From NCBI GenBank assembly GCA_018396995.1, contig JAGTQB010000002.1:1503-65502 (forward strand): a stretch of 64,000 bases of DNA, given 5' to 3'. Shown piece by piece: positions 1 to 9,484 of this stretch; position 1 is the first letter of the stretch, and every line of letters begins with the position of its first letter. A program made the position numbers and the translations under genes. Source of the stretch: Candidatus Bathyarchaeota archaeon. Its GTDB lineage: Archaea; Thermoproteota; Bathyarchaeia; Bathyarchaeales; DTEX01. A model generated the notes under the pieces. That model did no database searches and had not been told where the DNA came from. It saw nothing but the letters and a program-made list of their open reading frames with translations.

Positions 1-665
1 GGTGTAGTTGGGGGAACATATAGGTTCGGAGACGGAATGTTTATACGCGTTATCCTCATAAGAGCAACTTCATTAGGTATAGTGATATATACTGGGCCGG
101 GCGGCTCAGCTTTTGCTATCTGTAGGGCCCTTTGCACTATATAGGGTATCTGCTCCCCCAACTTGACCTCGCAATCCCATTTAATGTACTCCCTTAGTGG
201 AGCTGCCTGATCCCTCGACCCCTGTGCAGGTGGCCCCTTAATCTTCTCGGTGATCCACCCGCTTCCAGCGAGGAGGAGTAATGGTACGTGGGCTGTGAAG
301 GCGTTTGCTATGGCTCCTAAGGCGTTGTATGTGCCTACGGTTCCATGATAGCCTACTAGTGGGATGTCTCCGCTCACCATGGCGTATCCATGAGCCATAC
401 TTGTCGCCGTGAACTCGTGGGGACAGATTATTATCTTAGGCCACTCGGAGCCCTTAGCCCATATCTTGGAGACAGCCTCCATAAACGGCGGCCACTCAGT
501 CCCAGAATTAACAAACCAATATTTGATTCCACAGAGAGTTAGAGTTTCCACGAGAACCTGTGCAATACTCTCTTTCTGCTCTGCCTCTGTATTACATGTA
601 TGCTGCTCAAGTCTTCCCTCAAAAACGCCTTTATGGGGGGTCTTTAGTTGAGAGTCGTCTTGCAA
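1..665 (-). CDS. Thiamine pyrophosphate-binding enzyme (acetolactate synthase/decarboxylase family), 3' end runs off the window
   Basis: Not in the ORF track. Manual minus-strand translation from a TTG at 665 gives ...SIAQVLVETLTLCGIKYWFVNSGTEWPPF...CPHEFTATSMAHGYAMVSG...HGTVGTYNALGAIANAFTAHVPLLLLAG...DQAAPLREYIKW...AKAEPPGPVYITIP, a typical TPP-enzyme N-terminal domain. The start codon is uncertain. Confidence 0.85.
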   Translation of the reverse strand, partial: MQDDSQLKTPHKGVFEGRLEQHTCNTEAEQKESIAQVLVETLTLCGIKYWFVNSGTEWPPFMEAVSKIWAKGSEWPKIIICPHEFTATSMAHGYAMVSGDIPLVGYHGTVGTYNALGAIANAFTAHVPLLLLAGSGWITEKIKGPPAQGSRDQAAPLREYIKWDCEVKLGEQIPYIVQRALQIAKAEPPGPVYITIPNEVALMRITRINIPSPNLYVPPTT

Positions 666-702
666 ACTAATTCCTCTCTAATATCCAGATAAAATGATTT
701 GC

Positions 703-1758
703 TTAAATTATGGAGTATGGAATTGTTAATCCAGTCTTATGAAACTTCCCTTTTATAGCTATTTGCTTTCCACATTTTGGACAACGCATATCCTCAGTTA
801 AATTCCATTTAATGATCTCGAAGCCAAGTCTCTTTATCACGAGTTCATGGCAATTTGGACAATAAGTGTTCTCATACCTATGGCCTGGAACATTACCCAA
901 ATAAACGTAGTTTAATCCAGCCTCCTTAGCAGCCTCATAAGCCTTTTCCAAGGTCCTAATTTCTGTTGACGGTATATCAGTCATCTTATAATCTGGGTGG
1001 AATCTCAGTAAGTGGAGTGGCGTATCTTCACCAAGGTTATTTCTAATCCACGAAGCTAGATCCTTTATCCTCTCGATAGAGTCGCCAACCTTCGGTATAA
1101 CGAGGTTTGTTACCTCAACATGGATACTATGCTTCTTCATAGCCTTCAAAGCCTCAAATATGGGCTCAACCGACGGAACCATAGAATACTTCTTATAGAA
1201 TTCTGGATCACCACCACCTTTAAAATCGACCGTTGCGGCATCTAGGTATGGCGCTATTACCTCTATCGCTTCAGGTGTCATATAGCCATTTGTGACGAAT
1301 GTATTAAATAAGTTGTGTCTCTTTGCAAGGACAGCTGTGTCATAAGCATACTCAAAAAAGATTGTTGGTTCAGTATACGTGTAGCTTATGCCGTGGCAGC
1401 CATACTCTATTGAGGCATTAACAACCTCCTCTGGCGGAAAATCCCTCCCAACAATATCTTTCTCTTGGCTTATAGTCCAGTTGTCACAGAACTGGCACCT
1501 GAAATTGCATCCAACGGTCGCTATGGACATTACAAGCGCCCCGGGATGGAAGTGTGAGAGCGGTTTCTTGCCAATTGGGTCTACATTTGCGGCGCATGCC
1601 TTAGCGTAGTTGAGCGAGTAAAGTTTCCCTCCCTCATTCTTTCTAACGCTGCAGAAGCCGAAGCCTCCCTCGATTATCACGCATCTGCGGGCGCAGAGGT
1701 TACACCTAACTCTATTATCCCCAATTTGCTCGTAAAGCATTGCTTCACGCTTAACCAT
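703..1758 (-). CDS. amrS: AmmeMemoRadiSam-type radical SAM enzyme (PFL-activating enzyme family)
   Basis: N-terminal CNLCARRC..GFCSVR, VDPIGKKPLSHFHPG, CNFRCQFCDNW radical SAM motif, TYTEPT, LLRFHPDY, C-terminal NTYCPNC..CPKCG. Confidence 0.9.
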   Translation of the reverse strand: MVKREAMLYEQIGDNRVRCNLCARRCVIIEGGFGFCSVRKNEGGKLYSLNYAKACAANVDPIGKKPLSHFHPGALVMSIATVGCNFRCQFCDNWTISQEKDIVGRDFPPEEVVNASIEYGCHGISYTYTEPTIFFEYAYDTAVLAKRHNLFNTFVTNGYMTPEAIEVIAPYLDAATVDFKGGGDPEFYKKYSMVPSVEPIFEALKAMKKHSIHVEVTNLVIPKVGDSIERIKDLASWIRNNLGEDTPLHLLRFHPDYKMTDIPSTEIRTLEKAYEAAKEAGLNYVYLGNVPGHRYENTYCPNCHELVIKRLGFEIIKWNLTEDMRCPKCGKQIAIKGKFHKTGLTIPYSII

Positions 1759-1777
1759 GAGGAAACCGTCCCTAATG

Positions 1778-2056
1778 TTAGTCTTTTATCCCCTCGAGCA
1801 AGCTCATAACGTTCCAGAGTCTTACCCTTGTGTAGGGCGGCATATTTGGATCCTGCAGTATTTCATCTATAACTGATATTGCGTTTGAGGCCCTGACGGC
1901 GAGCGTGTACTGTGTTGACTGTAAGATATCCATGGCCTCTTTAGCAGTCCTCCTAATGTTTCTTGGAGTTGTCGTGTCCTCGGAGACTTGACCAAGTATT
2001 GCCAGAGCCTGCTTAATCCTCTCCTCATACTCCTGAAGCTTCTTCTTGCTGACCAT
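1778..2056 (-). CDS. UPF0147 family archaeal protein
   Basis: DTTTPRNIRR...RASNAISVIDEILQDPNMPPYTRVRLWN signature. Confidence 0.9.
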   Translation of the reverse strand: MVSKKKLQEYEERIKQALAILGQVSEDTTTPRNIRRTAKEAMDILQSTQYTLAVRASNAISVIDEILQDPNMPPYTRVRLWNVMSLLEGIKD

Positions 2057-2143
2057 AATGTTCCCCCCATAATTGGAGATTAGTTACAAGAAATTAATTT
2101 CTAAGATGTCTTATACACTTTTCTTTGATAAATCTTAAATAAG

Positions 2144-3112
2144 TCATGCTAGGAGTATTGCCCCACTTGGCTCATATCTCCCCTTAATATCGTATCCAAT
2201 TAACTCTGCCAGCTTACTCGCAAATCTCTCTATATCCTCCATATAGGGCATAGCTTCCTTTGGAAGCCTATGGCGGCTCTGGCCCACCCACTCATATGCT
2301 TTAACTTCGATGAAATCTGGCTTAGACACGTTAGCCATCTTGGCATAACCCTCAATATTCGCCGTGTTAAAGCCCTTAATTACGGTAAACCTCAAAACTT
2401 TACGTGTATTTAGGCTTGGGAGGACCCCTAATGTCTTGTTTAGGCGTTCCCATGCATCTTTAATGAGCGGTCTTGCAAGCCTTATATATGTATCCTTATC
2501 TGGCGCAATGATGCTGACATATAGTTGGTATGGCAGTTTTCTCATACTTTCCAGCGCTTCTGGTATGGTTCCATTTGTGACTAAAAATGTTATCATCCCC
2601 CTCTTTTCAGCCGCCTCAATTAGCTCTGATATCCATGGATATAACGTTGGCTCTCCGGTTAAGCTCATAGTCATCATAGTTGGCTTCAAAGCCTCCTCAA
2701 ACTTCTTCTTGTCAACCTTCTCATTCCCCTTCCAGCCCGATAGGAGCTCCTTCCTCTTCCTGAGGAGCTCATCTATGATCTCAGAGGGTTCATCAAACTC
2801 TTTGAGGTCTAAGGGGAACTCCCTCCAAGTGAGCCCCTCCCTATCCCCCGAGTGAACCCTCCAGCAGTGTAGGCAGTGGCAGTTACACCCAATGTATGGC
2901 GTCATTTGCATACACCTATGGCTCTGAACAGGGGGATACCAGAGCTCCTTATAGCAGGCTCTACCAGACCTTAGGCTCTCTTTAGTCCAATAGCATATTT
3001 TAACAGCACTATGAAGGTGCTTACCAACAAGCCTATAACCCTGCCTATAATACATCCTGATTATTTCCGGCTTAAGTGGTTGTAACAATTCCTTCTCCAT
3101 TTCCCACATCAC
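2144..3112 (-). CDS. taw1: tRNA 4-demethylwyosine synthase (Tyw1/Taw1 radical SAM)
   Basis: HSAVKICYWTK, CYK, SHRCMQMTP, CNCHCLHCWR, SLTGEPTLYP, FLVTNG, DFIEVKAY motifs. Confidence 0.9.
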   Translation of the reverse strand: MMWEMEKELLQPLKPEIIRMYYRQGYRLVGKHLHSAVKICYWTKESLRSGRACYKELWYPPVQSHRCMQMTPYIGCNCHCLHCWRVHSGDREGLTWREFPLDLKEFDEPSEIIDELLRKRKELLSGWKGNEKVDKKKFEEALKPTMMTMSLTGEPTLYPWISELIEAAEKRGMITFLVTNGTIPEALESMRKLPYQLYVSIIAPDKDTYIRLARPLIKDAWERLNKTLGVLPSLNTRKVLRFTVIKGFNTANIEGYAKMANVSKPDFIEVKAYEWVGQSRHRLPKEAMPYMEDIERFASKLAELIGYDIKGRYEPSGAILLA

Positions 3113-3149
3113 CGATTAATTGTACAGAGCAGAAAATATACGATTCCCT

Positions 3150-3737
3150 TTAACCTACATCAATAGATTTACCCGTCTCCCCTCTCTCCAGCTCTATCAG
3201 CCTCTTATCAATGTTTGTTATAAGGTTATTTATGACCTCATTAGCCCTCTTAAGAGTCTCCTTTAGATCCTTTAGGAAATTAATTTTATCCTCTTGGGAT
3301 GCTATGCCGCCGGACAACAGTATTTTCATCGCTAATGGAATAATTCCAGAGGAAACGTCCAGTCCCTCCATAGGATGTATTGGGGTGAGCTCTTTAAGTA
3401 ACCACCTCCTAATAGTTAAAACTAGGTTAAAGTGTCCCTCAACAACTTCCCTAAAAATCTTCTTACCCCTCTCAGTCACCCTGTAAATTTTCACCCTCCT
3501 TTTCCCCCCAGCCCACTCCCCAACAATAAATCCATTTCTCTCAAGGTCCCTTAAAGCCGGGTAGAGAGAGCCTGCCGTTGGGGAGATTAAACCCAGCGTA
3601 CTCTCTCTAATCCTCTTAAGCATTTTATAGCCATGCGTAGGTCCCTCTAGAAGTGTATATAAAATTGCTAGCTTAAGATAGCCCCTCTTAAGCTGCTCTT
3701 TCATCGACCTTGCAACTCTATCTTCGCTCATGCCCAA
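3150..3737 (-). CDS. PadR family transcriptional regulator
   Basis: LKRGYLKLAILYTL..GPTHGY...GSLYPALRDLE..G....W...RRVKIYRVTERG. Divergent from the ABC operon. Confidence 0.9.
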   Translation of the reverse strand: MGMSEDRVARSMKEQLKRGYLKLAILYTLLEGPTHGYKMLKRIRESTLGLISPTAGSLYPALRDLERNGFIVGEWAGGKRRVKIYRVTERGKKIFREVVEGHFNLVLTIRRWLLKELTPIHPMEGLDVSSGIIPLAMKILLSGGIASQEDKINFLKDLKETLKRANEVINNLITNIDKRLIELERGETGKSIDVG

Positions 3738-3782
3738 GTAAATTTTATATAAATCAATACCTTAAAATATTTTGGTTTCATA

Positions 3783-3801
3783 TATATCGGTTTCCAATAT
3801 A
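3783..3801. promoter_or_regulatory. Imperfect inverted repeat in the padR/ABC divergent promoter (possible PadR operator)
   Basis: TATATCGG-TTT-CCAATATA, 7 of 8 positions symmetric, in an 81-bp AT-rich intergenic region. Confidence 0.3.
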
Positions 3802-3818
3802 ATATAAGGCGATATCTT

Positions 3819-4556
3819 ATGACCAATTCACGAAGGGTACTGGTTGAATTAGCGGGCGTCACTAAAGAGTATAAGGTTGGTGAGATCAGCACGATCGCTC
3901 TCAAAAACATTTCATTTATGATTTATGAGAGGGACTTAGTTGCCATAATGGGGCCGTCGGGATCGGGAAAGACGACATTACTCAACATGCTAGGTCTCCT
4001 TGATAGGCCAACGCAAGGCAAAATATTCTTTGAGGGAAGAGATGTATCGAAGTTGAGTGATAAAGAGCTCGCGTATTTGAGGAATATGAAACTAGGCTTC
4101 GTCTTCCAGACATTTAACCTAGTTAATAGATTATCTGTACTTGAGAATATTGAGATGCCGCTGATACCTAGAGGGATACCGCGTAGTGTTAGGTTTGAGA
4201 TGGTTAAGGAGGCTATACTTAAAGTTGGCGGTGAGATTGAGTGGCTTAAGAAAAAGCCTAATCAGCTGTCTGGCGGGCAGCAGCAGAGGGTTGCAATCGC
4301 TAGAGCTATTGTTGGAAAACCATCAATAATTTTAGCTGACGAGCCCACGGGAAACCTTGATAGGGCTTCAGCTAGAATAGTCATAGAAACCTTTTTAAAC
4401 CTAAATAAAGAGGGGCACTCAATAATCGTTGTGACGCATGACCCAGAGGTTGCAAATTGTATGGAGAGAATATATGTTATTAGAGATGGGATGATAATAG
4501 GCCAATATAATGCTAATCCAGGGGATTCCCTCTTGAGTAAGGTGCCGAGGGCGTAA
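3819..4556 (+). CDS. ABC transporter ATP-binding protein (LolD/MacB type)
   Basis: GPSGSGKTT, GFVFQTFNL, LSGGQQQRVAIARA, ILADEPTGNLD, VTHD. Confidence 0.95.
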   Translation: MTNSRRVLVELAGVTKEYKVGEISTIALKNISFMIYERDLVAIMGPSGSGKTTLLNMLGLLDRPTQGKIFFEGRDVSKLSDKELAYLRNMKLGFVFQTFNLVNRLSVLENIEMPLIPRGIPRSVRFEMVKEAILKVGGEIEWLKKKPNQLSGGQQQRVAIARAIVGKPSIILADEPTGNLDRASARIVIETFLNLNKEGHSIIVVTHDPEVANCMERIYVIRDGMIIGQYNANPGDSLLSKVPRA

Positions 4557-4566
4557 GGGGATAAGG

Positions 4567-7500
4567 ATGAGTGTTAAAAGAATATTTAGCTTAATATTGG
4601 TTGCGCTACTCTTGGCAGATATCCTGTTGCTTTTAAACCCGGTGAGCCATATATGCGCCCAAGATAAAAGATTCGCAATTATTAGTGTTATTGCCAGATC
4701 TTCCATCGGCTCACCGAAAATATACCCTGGGAGTAGAAGAGTTAACCTACGTATCGAGGCAATGTATATCGCTAATAAAACGGCCTTCTCGGTTGTCGGC
4801 CACCTAAACACCACTAAAGGCATAGAGTTTAGTTATGGGAGCGGGCCATCCGCACTCGCCAAATCACTTGAAGGTTCAGTTCTTACGAGCGTTAAAGAGG
4901 GTGACCATGTCCTCTTCGAGTATTACTTGGATATAGATAAGACATTGAGCCCGGGCACATACCCCCTACAGCTCAACATAACCTATCTCTTAGAGGGCAG
5001 CAGTGAAATTCTGTTTGAGCTGCATAGTATAGAAATTGAGGTGTCTCATTACCCTGAAGTCCAACTAAGATTTATTGAAGCTTATCTTAACCCAGCCTCT
5101 TATCCAGGATCCGTTAACACGAACTTATACGTTGTCCTTGAGAACTCTGGAGAGTCTAGTATAGCATCTGCAACCTTCAGGATTAATCTCCCATACGGCT
5201 TCACTATAAATAATCCTAGGGCAAGCATTGGCGTGGTTAATGTTGGAGAAAGATTTACTCTGCGCTTCAGTGGAATATCCATTCCACAGAACGCCGCCGT
5301 TGGAGTTTACAGCGCCGTCATCTCTGCGGACCTTTCCATGAGAACCGAGGATAACGTGTACTATAATTCTACGGAGTCCATATCAATACAATTCAGCGTT
5401 ACTGAAGCTCCGAGGGAGGATCCGATAATAGTCTCGTCCATCTCTGTTCTATATCAAGGTTCGCCAGCTCCCCTACTACCATCAGCGAAAGGCGTAACAA
5501 TTAGAATTTCCTTTGTTAATAGGCTTCCAGAGGCCGTGGGCGGCATGGTTATTATTCCAGACCAGTTAGATGGCATTAATGTTAGGTCTCTTTCAGGGAC
5601 ATATGTTAACGGGATGCCGCCCGGCGGCTCCTGCTTCGTAGATATAACCGTTGATGTGAATGATGGTGTTAGGCCAGGTAAAATAAATATCCCCCTCAAA
5701 GTATTCTTTGTCAGGATTGTTTCAGATTCATCCTTCCTTGGGCGTCAGGATGTAAGTGTTGACGTGATTATTGAGAGTCCACACGGCTACCTGCCTGAGG
5801 TATCACTTGTCTCAGCCTACTGGGGCTACCCAACCCCATCACCAGTATACGCCAAGTCACGCTATGCCCCGCTCACCCTACGTCTCATAAATAATGGGCG
5901 ATATAGTATTGTTGGAGCCGTCATTGAGGCATCCTCAGATTACCTTAAGCCAATAAAGAGCTCTGAGACCTTGGCGGCCAGATTAGCTCCCGGATCATAT
6001 TCCGAAGTTACGCTCTACTTTGATGTGGGTGCGGATGCTGGCGAAATCCCCATTAATGTTCAAATAAATTATGTTTTTAGTGAGTTTGGGACGCACATAG
6101 AGGTCGCTAGGGAGTTTACCGCCCATCTAGTGGTTGAGGAGTATCCTGCTGCTGCAAGCTACCTTGAAATTGTTGGTTATGGCTGGCAGAACAATTATAA
6201 TGTCTTTCCAAGGACCGATAACGCAACCTTCCAGGTTACTATCGCGAATAGGGCGCCGTTCCCGATAAGCGGAATAATACTCCACCTCATCCTACCAGAG
6301 AATATGTCCTCGAGGGGGGAGAGGTCTGCAAGGGCATATGTAGATGGCCCAGTCAGGAGCCTAAGCACTTTCACGGCAACCTTCTTAATAACTGTTGGGG
6401 GAGTGAAGCCTGGCAGGCATGCAGCTAAGTTAATAGTAGACTTTATTCTGCAGTCCGGCGGTCCCGGAGAGAGGTGTAGTGAGAGTTTCAGTCTAGATAT
6501 AAGCATTAATGATGATAGTAATGCTGTAGAGTTTGTTAGTGCTAGCTGGTATGAGGGCTCTGTTGGCCCATATACCTATGGCGCTCGCCTTCTCATATCT
6601 GTAAGAAATAACCTTGTTGATAATATGAGGGGTGCTGTGCTGGAAATACGTCTTCCAAAGGGGTTTGTGAGTGCCGTAGATAATTCATCACTTGTGAGAG
6701 CTCCGCCATCAACCATAAGCCCCCTCCCAACCTTGCCACAGTTGCCATTTCAAGTTTCAGGCACCATATTAGAGGAATATTTAAGGGTCTATCAACCCCC
6801 TCAGGAGCAGGTCTCCAGCCGGGGCGATATATTAACTTTCATAGTTCCCCTCCATATATTAGACGTTGATCTTGGGCTCCATAATTTTATGGGGAACCTA
6901 TCTTACATCGATCAGTGGGGTACAAGGAGAACCGTTGGGCTGATTATTCCAGTAGCCGTGCTGGGTAGGACTGTGTATGTGGATGTTAGGATAGGCGGCA
7001 ATATAAATGTTAAGAGCCGCTTCACGAACACATCCCTAACAATAGAGAATCGTGGAACATCCCCACTACACGATGTATATCTAATAGTTTCGCCGTATCA
7101 GGGGATGCCCCTCTTAATAGCCTCACCTGCCGTCACATATATTGAGAGGATTGATGCTGGTAAGAAAGTTGACATTCCATTGACGCTAATTTACAATCCA
7201 TTTGGCTTTATAACACAGGTTGGCGGAACAACGGTTGTAACATATGGTCCAGTTCCATTAATTACGTCAATTATTTATAGGGATGCCAGCGGAGCTGTTA
7301 AAAGACTTAACAATACTGTAACAGTTGTTGTCGAACCATTCATCGATATTCTCGTAAGGGATATTAACGCTGTTGGTAAACGCTTCTCTTCAATGGTGAG
7401 CGGAGTTATCGCGAACCTAGGCTCAGCTACGGCATACAGGGTGAGAGTTGTCCTAAAGGCTGGAGGCACTAGCTCATGGACTCTAGTCGGAGATGTTGCG

Positions 7501-7767
7501 CCAGCAGATGAGTTGGCATTTAGAATAGAGGTGCCCGAGTATAGTGAGACGTGCTCCCTAATAATAGAATATTATGATGCATTCAACCAGCTCTTCTCAA
7601 AGGAGATAACCGTTAAGATTGAACCTCAGCCAGAGACTCCGACGATACAGCCTCAAGAGGGGGCTCTGGGCGTTGAGACGTGGATTGTTGTTGGGGCGGT
7701 TATAGTCTTTCTGGCAATAGCGTTAGTCCTGATTTACAGGGCTTTAAAGGCCCGTTCAATGAAGTGA
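4567..7767 (+). CDS. Large secreted, membrane-anchored S-layer-domain (COG1361-like) multi-Ig-fold protein
   Basis: N-terminal hydrophobic signal, repeated beta-rich modules (YPGS..NL.V.LEN.G; PG.Y...L.I.Y), C-terminal TM helix plus basic tail. Lies between the ABC ATPase and the permease. Confidence 0.75.
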   Translation: MSVKRIFSLILVALLLADILLLLNPVSHICAQDKRFAIISVIARSSIGSPKIYPGSRRVNLRIEAMYIANKTAFSVVGHLNTTKGIEFSYGSGPSALAKSLEGSVLTSVKEGDHVLFEYYLDIDKTLSPGTYPLQLNITYLLEGSSEILFELHSIEIEVSHYPEVQLRFIEAYLNPASYPGSVNTNLYVVLENSGESSIASATFRINLPYGFTINNPRASIGVVNVGERFTLRFSGISIPQNAAVGVYSAVISADLSMRTEDNVYYNSTESISIQFSVTEAPREDPIIVSSISVLYQGSPAPLLPSAKGVTIRISFVNRLPEAVGGMVIIPDQLDGINVRSLSGTYVNGMPPGGSCFVDITVDVNDGVRPGKINIPLKVFFVRIVSDSSFLGRQDVSVDVIIESPHGYLPEVSLVSAYWGYPTPSPVYAKSRYAPLTLRLINNGRYSIVGAVIEASSDYLKPIKSSETLAARLAPGSYSEVTLYFDVGADAGEIPINVQINYVFSEFGTHIEVAREFTAHLVVEEYPAAASYLEIVGYGWQNNYNVFPRTDNATFQVTIANRAPFPISGIILHLILPENMSSRGERSARAYVDGPVRSLSTFTATFLITVGGVKPGRHAAKLIVDFILQSGGPGERCSESFSLDISINDDSNAVEFVSASWYEGSVGPYTYGARLLISVRNNLVDNMRGAVLEIRLPKGFVSAVDNSSLVRAPPSTISPLPTLPQLPFQVSGTILEEYLRVYQPPQEQVSSRGDILTFIVPLHILDVDLGLHNFMGNLSYIDQWGTRRTVGLIIPVAVLGRTVYVDVRIGGNINVKSRFTNTSLTIENRGTSPLHDVYLIVSPYQGMPLLIASPAVTYIERIDAGKKVDIPLTLIYNPFGFITQVGGTTVVTYGPVPLITSIIYRDASGAVKRLNNTVTVVVEPFIDILVRDINAVGKRFSSMVSGVIANLGSATAYRVRVVLKAGGTSSWTLVGDVAPADELAFRIEVPEYSETCSLIIEYYDAFNQLFSKEITVKIEPQPETPTIQPQEGALGVETWIVVGAVIVFLAIALVLIYRALKARSMK

Positions 7768-7788
7768 GATGCGTTAGGGTGGAGTTCT

Positions 7789-9000
7789 ATGGCACTCCGC
7801 ATTTTTCTAGATTTCATAAGACTTGCGTTAAAAGCCCTAAGCGAGAGGAGGACGAGGGCTGTGCTCACGATAATTGGCATATCTATTGGCCCCTTGGTTC
7901 TAGTTATGATGAGTTCTGTTGTGAGGAGCTACTCAGATTATATTGTGGAGAGAATAACTTCGCTGGGTCAGAACGCAATTGCCATCTTTCCGCGGGAGAA
8001 CTATAGGTTGAGTGAGGACGACCTCAGTTTCATAAGGTCTATGCCAGAGATAATGAGGGCTGAGCCATTCTATTCTACACAGGCGTTGCTTAAAAGGGGC
8101 TCTGAGGAGATTAGAGTTTCAGTATTCGCCATAGACTATAACCTTCTATTCGAGGCTATTGGGAGCCTAAAAATAATGGATGGCGCCGTCCCCTCTGATC
8201 CCCTCGGCTCAATAGTTGGAAAGAAGGTCGCCTTCAGGGGCTCCGGGGAGCAGCACTTCGCACTTGGAGACGTCATATCGCTTATGGTTCCAAAAATTGA
8301 GGGTGATAAAGTAGTTGGGAGAAGGAACGTGAACGTTAGGGTTGGCGCTATACTTGAGGAGTATGGTGGTGCGCTGATAGTTGACCCGGATCTAACAGTC
8401 TTCCTCAACCCTGAAGCCGGTAAGAAACTGCTTGGGATGAAGAGCTGGTCCGGCATATTCGTGCTCACGCGTGATCCATCGCTAGTCAAGGGCGTGGTCT
8501 CAAGCTTAAGGGAGAAGTATGAGGATAGGCTCCAGGTAATAGCCTTCAGCGCTATAGCTGAGGCGATCTCAAGCGTCACCAGGGCAATAGACTTCATAAA
8601 CTTCTCAACGTCTCTCTCAGCGTTCGCTGTTGCTGTAGCTGGTGTCGCGGCAACAATGATAACCTCTGTTATGGAGAGGATACGTGAGATAGGCGTAATG
8701 AAGGCTATAGGCTACACAAGCAGCCAAATCCTGCTATTAATCCTTTTGGAATCAATAATAATGAGCTTGATAGGGGGGTCGATTGGAATATCACTTGGGA
8801 TAGTTGGGGCGCACTTCCTATCCCTTAGGGGATTAGTTATAGGTGGACTCGAACTAACCCTTATGCTCAGCCCAAAGATAACCATAGACTTAATAGCGCG
8901 AACCCTCCTACTAACTATGGCCGTTGGGTTAGCTGGCGGAATACTGCCAGCATATAGGGCCTCAAAGGTTCCGCCCGCAGTGGCCTTAAGATACGAGTAA
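7789..9000 (+). CDS. ABC transporter permease (MacB/FtsX family)
   Basis: RTRAVLTIIGISIG, extracellular domain, SVMERIREIGVMKAIG, PAYRASKVPPAVALRYE. Confidence 0.95.
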   Translation: MALRIFLDFIRLALKALSERRTRAVLTIIGISIGPLVLVMMSSVVRSYSDYIVERITSLGQNAIAIFPRENYRLSEDDLSFIRSMPEIMRAEPFYSTQALLKRGSEEIRVSVFAIDYNLLFEAIGSLKIMDGAVPSDPLGSIVGKKVAFRGSGEQHFALGDVISLMVPKIEGDKVVGRRNVNVRVGAILEEYGGALIVDPDLTVFLNPEAGKKLLGMKSWSGIFVLTRDPSLVKGVVSSLREKYEDRLQVIAFSAIAEAISSVTRAIDFINFSTSLSAFAVAVAGVAATMITSVMERIREIGVMKAIGYTSSQILLLILLESIIMSLIGGSIGISLGIVGAHFLSLRGLVIGGLELTLMLSPKITIDLIARTLLLTMAVGLAGGILPAYRASKVPPAVALRYE

Positions 9001-9043
9001 AATTTATTCCCTTCTTCTTCCAATACTTTGCTGGTGAGTTTAT

Positions 9044-9475
9044 TTGATAATTTCAATTGGGTCGGACGATCTATATCCTGTCGCCGTGACACTTTACGAG
9101 GAGCTGAAGAAGAGAGGTTTTGAGGTCAAGGCTTACGGCGCCCTGGTCACTGGGAGGGTTGAGCCATGGCCGGATGTAGCCTTCTCAGTGGCGAATGATG
9201 TTGCCTCAGGGAGGTCTAATTTTGGAATAGTGATATGTTATACGGGGACCGGCGTCACAATCGCAGCTAATAAAGTTAGGGGTGTCCGGGCGGCCCTATG
9301 CTTCGACGCGGAGTCTGCTAGGGGAGCTAGATTATGGAATGACGCTAACGTCCTAGCTATAAGCGGTAGACTAACAACCCCACAGGTTGGCAAGGAGATA
9401 CTTGAGGCATGGTTCTCTGTGAAGGGCCCTGACCAAAGCGAAATTGAGAATATAAAGAAGATTATGGATAAATAA
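9044..9475 (+). CDS. RpiB/LacAB family sugar-phosphate isomerase (divergent)
   Basis: GIVICYTGTGVTIAANKVRGVRAALC, ARLWNDANVL. Confidence 0.85.
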   Translation: MIISIGSDDLYPVAVTLYEELKKRGFEVKAYGALVTGRVEPWPDVAFSVANDVASGRSNFGIVICYTGTGVTIAANKVRGVRAALCFDAESARGARLWNDANVLAISGRLTTPQVGKEILEAWFSVKGPDQSEIENIKKIMDK

Positions 9476-9484
9476 AGAGGTGTT

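Noticed and set aside
409-651. 80-aa plus-strand ORF
   Set aside because: It is the antisense shadow of the TPP-binding enzyme gene.
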